NCBI RefSeq assembly: GCF_009914755.1
Contig: NC_060945.1
Origin: the human T2T-CHM13v2.0 reference genome, Homo sapiens
Strand: one strand, 5' to 3'
DNA length: 64,000 nt
Both the position numbers and the translations under genes were made by a program. This document shows, one piece after another, positions 57,161 through 64,000 of the stretch. Under the pieces are notes generated by a model. It was given only the letters and a program-made list of their open reading frames with translations. It was not told where the DNA came from and did no database searches. Numbering within the stretch: the stretch's first letter is position 1; every line of letters starts with the position of its first letter.

Positions 57161-58071
57161 CTCATTTGTTGCCAAAGCAATCATTCCCTATTACGGAGAA
57201 GAGAAAACCATTTTGACTTGCATGAGGCCACATGCCTAGTCACTGGCTGGCTCGAGCCCAGGTTCTGACTTGAAATCCAATTCCCACAAAATGCTTTCCT
57301 TAGCAAATGATTCCTAATTAATACAACAACAGAAAGGCCTCACAATGTCAAATCTTAGAATGAGATCAGGTTTCCAGCAGGTGTCCCTGCATTCACCCAC
57401 CTCCTGCGAATGGCTTCCTGGCATTAGGTTTCAGGGTGTCACTGGGTGGGTTGAGGGTGTGGGGATGGTGAGGGAGGAGACCCTGGGCCTGGTTTAGTGG
57501 AGGGGGAGAGGCTTCACCTAATTTTCAGGGGTCCAGCTCCAGTTGACTTTCCTCTTTGTGCTCCTAGGCATGAATCCTTGAGCGATTAAGACAGTGGGAG
57601 TGACGGGGCAGAGTCACCACGGAGGTGGGTGTCTGCAGATGTCTGTGAGGCTGATGGTGTGTGGGTTCTCTAGGGTCCTGTAACTTTATTATCTTTAGAC
57701 TCAAAAGGTGTTCTGGGATCATCGTATTTGCATTGGTGGGAGTGTGTGTAGAATAATAGCAGTTATTTTGGGAGAAGTTACCCTGCGCCAGGTGCTGTAA
57801 ATATCACCTCCTCCTTCCATTCTTAAGATGGGAGTATCCACAGTGGTAAGCTGGTAAACCAAGTGTCCAGAAAAATTAATCCCTCATTTGTAGTGTTTGC
57901 TGATTGCCATGATGTGAATTGCTTTTACCACTGCGGATTTCAAGATTATCGACCATTCACAGGATTCCTGAATATCTACCCGTCAACTCTTATGAGCCAG
58001 AGGAACTGGCTCTAGTACAAATAAGCCAAGTAAGGGATTGTACAGACATAGGAGTAAGCAATAGAGATTTT

Positions 58072-58356
58072 TTTTTTGAGACAGGGTCTGGCTATGTTGC
58101 CCAGGCTGCAGTGCAGTGGTGCCGTGATAGCTCACTGCAACCTTGACCCTCTTGGGATTAAGTGATCCTCCTGCCTCAGCCTCCCAGGACCACAGGTACA
58201 TGCCACCATGCCTGCCTACTTTTTTGTTTTTTTGTAGAGATGAGAGCTTGCTGTGTTTCCCAGGCTGGTCTTGAACTCCTGAGCTCCAGTGATCCTCCTG
58301 CCTTGGCCTCCCAAAGTGCTGGGATTACAGGTGTGCGCCACCGTGCCTTCCCGGCC
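58072..58356 (-). mobile_element. AluJ inserted in a MIR
   Basis: Poly(T), 'gagacagggtct', 'gatagctcactgcaaccttgacc'; degenerate TSD taga[g/t]atttt; MIR continues as 'ttttacaggcgaggaaactgagg'. Confidence 0.9.
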
Positions 58357-59153
58357 TTAGATATTTTACAGGCGAGGAAACTGAGGTTTAGAGATCACAT
58401 GGCTCAGCCCTGCTCACATGGGTTGCAAGAGTTGCCCTCAGTCTGACCCCCAAGGCCATTGCTTTTAAGTCCTCCTCTTGACAGCCTCCTGGCCCCTATC
58501 TGAGGCTCAGCTGAGTGGTGACTGTTCCATGTTTGAGGCTGGGGAGGAGATCAGCTCGCAGTTCAGCTTCCTGTCCCCCAGGTGGCAGGGGCGGTCCTGG
58601 CTGGGAAGGCTAATTTGTCCGGGCTGCATCTCTGTCCTACTCTCGCCAGCTCTGCCACAGGACCTCTGTCTTTCCCTTGCGCTTTGAGGTTTCTCTGGGT
58701 GCCTCACCCTCCTCTTCTTGTTCCCAGACACACCACTGTGAAATGAATGGCGGGACTGCACTGAACGGCAGAATGTTTGAGGGCTTGGTCATACAGCTGG
58801 AGGGAAGAGTGAGACCAGGAAGAGCTGAAACGCGGCCTCTCCATCCCTGTTACAGCAGCACCTTTCTCACTGGGCTGCAGGCACCCTGACCGCAAAGGTG
58901 TTCTCACAACCCCGCAGGGTCTTGCTCCTCCCTGTGCCGCCAAGCTTGCCACTCCATCTGCCTGGCACGCTCATCCCCGCCATCCCCATCACTGGCTTCC
59001 CATTGTCCCCTGGGTCTTGTCCTTGAGGAAGCCTCACAAGTCATCCTGTCTAAGTAGCACTGTTGGTCTTCTCCATAGAACCTTCTCTTCCTTTCCTGGC
59101 ATCTATATCATCCTGGAACCATTTTATCTGCGTGTTCACCTGTCCAACCACAC

Positions 59154-59697
59154 TGCGATGGTTTTAAAATATGTTCTTAATTCTTAGACACTCCTTCCTT
59201 CCAAAGGCAGAGTGTCATTCCTCTCCTTTTGAGTGTGGGCTGGACTTAGTGATCCCGTTCTGCAGATGAGAACATGGCAGAAGAGGTGCTGTTAGGACTT
59301 CTGGGCTGGGTCACGAAAGGACAGCTGCTGGCTGGCCTGCTGTCTTTTGGACTGCTCTCCCCAGGGGCAGCCAGATGCTACATCGTGATGACACTCAAGC
59401 AGTCCTACCCAGAGGCCCATGTCAGAAGGAACGAATGCCTCTCACCCACAGGCAGCACCAACTCGCCAGCCACGGCTACGAGCTGCTTTAGAAGTTGACT
59501 CAGCCCAGTCGAGCCTTCAGATAACTGCAGACCCAGCCAACATCAGATGGAACCTACAAGAGAATAAGTCCTGGTCCCGACCTGCCCAGCCAAGCTGGTC
59601 CTGAATTCCTGACCCACAGAAGCTGCAAGAATAATGTCTCCTGCTACTTTAAGCCACTATGTTTTGGCATATTAGGTAGCAATGGAGGATTAATATA
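59154..59697 (+). mobile_element. MaLR LTR (MLT1F-like)
   Basis: 'gagtgtgggctggacttagtga', 'agcccagtcgagccttcagataactgcag', 'tcctgacccacagaa', 'tttaagccacta'. Confidence 0.8.
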
Positions 59698-60515
59698 AAT
59701 GTTGAAATGCTATGATTCCTCATTTCATGGACAAGGAAACTGAGCCACAGAGAATTTACACGGCTCACCTAAGGCCACACAGAGTCAGAATTTGGACAGA
59801 GGCAGTCTGATTCCAGAGTCCACACCCCTGAGCCCTGTACTACAACCTCCCTCCAAACAAGGCACCATCTCAAACAGTGTCATTTTTCCTGTGAAGCCCT
59901 GATTAGGTGGTGGGCAGGCACAGGATCTTTCCCTCCCCAGACAGATGTAAGTCCAACAGCGTGAGGCTTCTGACAGCTTGGTGCTCCACACAGGGCAGGG
60001 GTGCAGAGTCCTGCCTGACCACCAGCCATCCAGCTGTCACGAGCCAGTACCCTTGCTCCTGGGTCTGACTGGAACTTCAGGCGAGTGTCTCATGCTTAAG
60101 AACCTGCCTTTTTCCTTTTATCCCTATGTTTTGGGATGCAAGAAAATGCCTCTCAGATGTGGTGTGGTCTCCTGGCACCTCACCTAGGATGGGAGGCCTG
60201 GGATAGAGAAAGGCTCAGGTTCCTCCTGTCTCACCTGGGCTGGGAATGAAGGACTGTTCTCCCTTCTCTTCAACATACATTCTGGAGGCGGGGTGGGGAA
60301 CTGTCTTAGGCCTGGGTCAAGAGGGGAGGGCCAGACGGTCTTGGGCTGAGTGTGCTGAGCTCAGAGAGGCACATGTGGATGAGACAAAGCCAGGCAGGTC
60401 AGGGAAGAGCCAGAAGAAAGATGCACTTTGTGGGTCCTAGGCATCTGGGTTCCAGGCTAGGGAAACTGGGCAGGGAAGCCTTGCCAGGGGACGCCCCTTA
60501 GAGTAAGGGCCAATG

Positions 60516-61275
60516 GTGGTGTTGCGTGTGTGTGTGCTATGTGCTGTATGTGGTGTACGTGTGGTATGTGTGGTGTGTGTGCTGTATGTGTGTTGTGTGT
60601 GCATGTGTGTGCGATGTGTGTGTATGTATTGTGTGTGTGTGTGCATGTCTGTGTGTGTGGTGTGTGCCATATGTGGTATATGTGTGTTGTGTGTGGTAGT
60701 GTAATGTGTGTAGAGTGGTGTCTGTGTATGTGCTGTGTGTCTTGTGTGTATGTAGTGTGTGTATATTTGTGTGTTGTATGTAGTGTGTGTGTATATTTGT
60801 GTGTGTTGTATGTAGTGTGTGTGTATATTTGTGTATGTGGTGTGTGTGTTGTGTTGTGTGTGTATATTTGTGTGTGTTGTGTGTATGTAGTTTGTGTGTA
60901 TATTTGCGTGTGTGTTGTGTGTATGTAGTGCATGTGTATATTTGTGTGTGTGGTGTGTGTCGTGTGTGTGGTATGTGTGTATGTGTTGTGTGTATGTAGT
61001 GTGTGTGTATATTTGTGTGTGTTGTGTGTATGTAGTATTTGTGTATGTGTTGTGTGTTGTGTTGTGTGTGTATATTTGTGTGTTGTATGTAGTTTGTGTG
61101 TATATTTGCGTGTGTGTTGTATGTAGTGCATGTGTATATTTGTGTGTGTGGTGTGTGTCGTGTGTGTGGTATGTGTGTATGTGTTGTGTGTATGTAGTGT
61201 GTGTGTGGTATGTGTGCATATGTTGTGTATAGTGTTGTGTGTCGTGTGGTGTCTCTGTGCGTGTCTGTGTGCGGT
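60516..61275. repeat. ~760-bp degenerate TG-rich low-complexity tract
   Basis: Variants of tgtgtatatttgtgtgttgtatgtag; an internal ~198-bp duplication. Confidence 0.95.
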
Positions 61276-62164
61276 GCATGTTCATGCACTCACTTTTGCA
61301 CCTGCAACCCATGCTCACTGTGCTACACTTTCCACACCTTTTGCCCCAGACCCTGATAAGGTCCAGGGAGGAGGGTGGTGAGGAATGCCTGCAACGATTT
61401 AATTAGGAATAAAGAGGAGTTGCTGATCTGGTTTAGGGCGGGCCAGGAGTCTTTTAGCTCCAGAAGGACAGGGGTGTCTGTCAGCTGTTTGCTGCTCATA
61501 AATTCCCCAGTGTGTGTGCAGGATTGCACCTATCCTCTGAGCTACCTGATGCTGGGGTCTTGACCAGATAAGAACACCAAATATCCTCTTCCTTTCTCAT
61601 TAGTAGACAGGCCAGGCCCATCTGAACCCACTCCTCTGGCTCCCTGAGGAGTGTTTGGGTGTCCCCGCACTTAGCATCCAGCACAGATGGCTCCTTCCAA
61701 AGCCACACTCCAGTGGCTTCTTTGGGGTGGATGTAGACGCTCAGCCCATGGAGAGCAGCTCATCTAAGTTACAGCCCTTTAGAGTAAGGGATGTGGATGA
61801 ACAGGTGAGAGGCTTCCTGCTCGTCATTAGAAATTTTTAAAAACCACGTGGTCCACAGGTCTTGAGGCCAAGGCTGATGGGCTGGCTGGGCAGGAGCCAC
61901 AGGAAGAAATCCACAGGTGCTGGCCATGTGGAACTGCCTGCCAAGTTTGCTGGAAGCAGAGCCCGTTTCTTTTTTCGGCAGCCTGAATAAGAGGCAATGG
62001 GGACCCTGTTGAGGTCAACTCTTGTATGTTACCAACGCCCACAGCTGTGTGCCTCCTCTGAGGACATTCGAGTGGGCTCACCACGATGACATGGGCCTTC
62101 TGCTGGGGAGGCTGGGCCATTCGGTGACCTGTGGCGCTGCGCTGTGTGATGATTGCTGATCAGC

Positions 62165-62346
62165 TGTGGCTCCCAGGCCAGCTTACACATGACGATCCCC
62201 TGGGGAGGTTTTAAAGATTCCAGTGCCTGAGCCCCACTCCAAGCCAATGAAATCCCAGCCTCTGGAAGTAGGGCCTGGCATGGGCCTGTCTGCAACACGC
62301 CCCAGCTGTTCCTAATGGGCAGCCCGGGGGTAAGAATCAGCGACTG
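62165..62346. mobile_element. MER5A-like hAT-Charlie fossil
   Basis: 'atcccctggggaggttttaaagatt...tgcctgagcccca...aatgaaatc...tctggaagtagggcctggca...taagaatca'. Confidence 0.7.
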
Positions 62347-63117
62347 AGAATAACGATGTTCCAATCTTGATTCAGCCGGGGAAATCTTTCTTCACACAGA
62401 TGCTACTGGAGTGAACACAAGCAGATGAAAACAGGGCTGTCTAAATGACACGCAGCCACCAGTGACTGCCCGGGCTCCCGAGAAATCCAGATTCATCAGG
62501 ACCCACTGATTTGGGCATCTGATGATGGCATGTGAGGAGGAATTTTCCAAAGTTTCTGGGAGAGTACAAGGCAAGTCACCACCCGCTCCCAGCTGTGTGC
62601 CTTTCCTGGGGCCAGACCCTGCAGCAGCTCCCACCTTGTCCCACGCTGGATGGCAGCCTGCTTGTAGGGGGGGCCTGCAGACACCTTCTCACCCCACCCA
62701 GGACTTGAAGGCAAGGGTGGAATTTTTGGTGGATGCGATGATCTGTCTTCTCGTGGTAAGGAGGTGATTCCCTGAACAGCTGGGACAACACCATCACCTC
62801 GTCTTCCTTTCTCCTCTCTTACTTCCTGCTCCTGATCCTAGAGGAGCCACAGAGCTCGGCCCTTCCCCACCCCCGCCTTGATGTGGCTTGGGCAAGCTAA
62901 GGGCAGGTGGCTCTGTGTGTCATGAAGTCCTGTAGGGCCTGCTCCTGAGACTTTCCTGCCCACTGAGTGGGATTACTGAGTGACAGCTGGCCCTCTCAGT
63001 GACTGTGTGCCTCACCCTGTGCTTCTGGTATCTGGACAATGCCCTTCCCAAACAGGAAGTGTTTGAGCCATGTGTTCTAGATACATGGCTGTTTTTCTCT
63101 TGTTTAAAAACCTTTGT

Positions 63118-63384
63118 GTGTGATGTTCCCCACCCTGTGTGCAAGTGTTCTCATTGTTCAATTCCCACCTATGAGTGAGAACATGCTGTGTTTGGTTTTC
63201 TGTCCTTGCGATAGTTTGCTCAGAATGTGGGGGGAGGGGGAAGGGATAGCATTAGGAGATAAACCTAATGTAAATGACAAGTTAATGGGTGCAGCACACC
63301 AACATGGAACATGTATGTTCATATGTAACAAACCTGCATGTTGTGCACATGTACCCTAGAACTTAAAGTATAATAAAATAAAAC
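63118..63384 (+). mobile_element. Short L1PA (PA4/5-like) with 5' inversion
   Basis: 63118-63227 is reverse-complement L1 3' UTR; 63228-63384 is forward 3' end plus poly(A); TSD aaaaacctttgt at 63106-63117 and 63385-63396. Confidence 0.92.
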
Positions 63385-63806
63385 AAAAACCTTTGTTTTA
63401 CCCCTGACTCATCTCACATATCTACATACTCAAAGGCCATGTTTGTCTAGGAGTAGAACCAAGTCCCTGATTTGACAAAGTGAATTATTATAACACATTT
63501 GTGTTTAACATGCAGGTGAGTCATAGATGAAATACCACCTATGGAAACTGACAGTCGCTGCTATGCCTTTCTTGGACTATGGTGAGTGAGATTGAGGGTC
63601 TGGTAATGCAAGAGGTACCTAGTCATGGAAATGAATGGAGAAGCAGCTGGTTTGAAGGGACTTTCTCCTTCCAAAGTAATAAGCTGAGAAAACGGAAAGG
63701 TGTGAGCCATCAGCAGAGTATTTAGGAAGCATGACAGATGGAGGGGACAAAGTAAGAGAGAGACTTCAGCTTGGGATGATTGGAAGAAAAATTTGAAGAT
63801 ATTTAC

Positions 63807-64000
<194 letters not shown>

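Noticed and set aside
60437-61318. 224-293-aa His/Thr-rich ORFs
   Set aside because: Low-complexity CA repeat translations

Overview
Human genomic DNA from inside KCNJ6 (GIRK2/Kir3.2, G-protein-gated inward-rectifier K+ channel, chr21), which is transcribed on the minus strand. The only convincing coding sequence is one 921-nt internal exon (13532-14452; c.26-946 of the canonical 423-aa protein). It has canonical AG/GT splice sites and encodes both TM helices and the TIGYG selectivity filter. Everything else is intron: Alus (including a consensus-like human-specific AluYb8 with a perfect 15-bp TSD), L1PA/PB/M fragments (one 5'-inverted), L2, MIR, MaLR and ERV1 solo LTRs, hAT DNA-transposon fossils and several tandem repeats. 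There is no prokaryotic-type system (no CRISPR array, operon or IS). The most interesting leads are RNA-level and are inferences. (1) The exon is phase-symmetric, 307 codons long, carries its own ATG and is flanked by oppositely oriented Alus, so a back-spliced circle would be a stop-less ORF. (2) The frame stays open past both splice sites, predicting a GIRK2B-like read-through isoform with nearby AATAAA signals. (3) A 35-unit 38-bp VNTR puts about 88 YCAY (NOVA-type) motifs into the pre-mRNA. (4) A 470-nt purine-free tract lies just downstream of the exon. Repeat subfamily names are from recall of consensus sequences, not from a RepeatMasker run.
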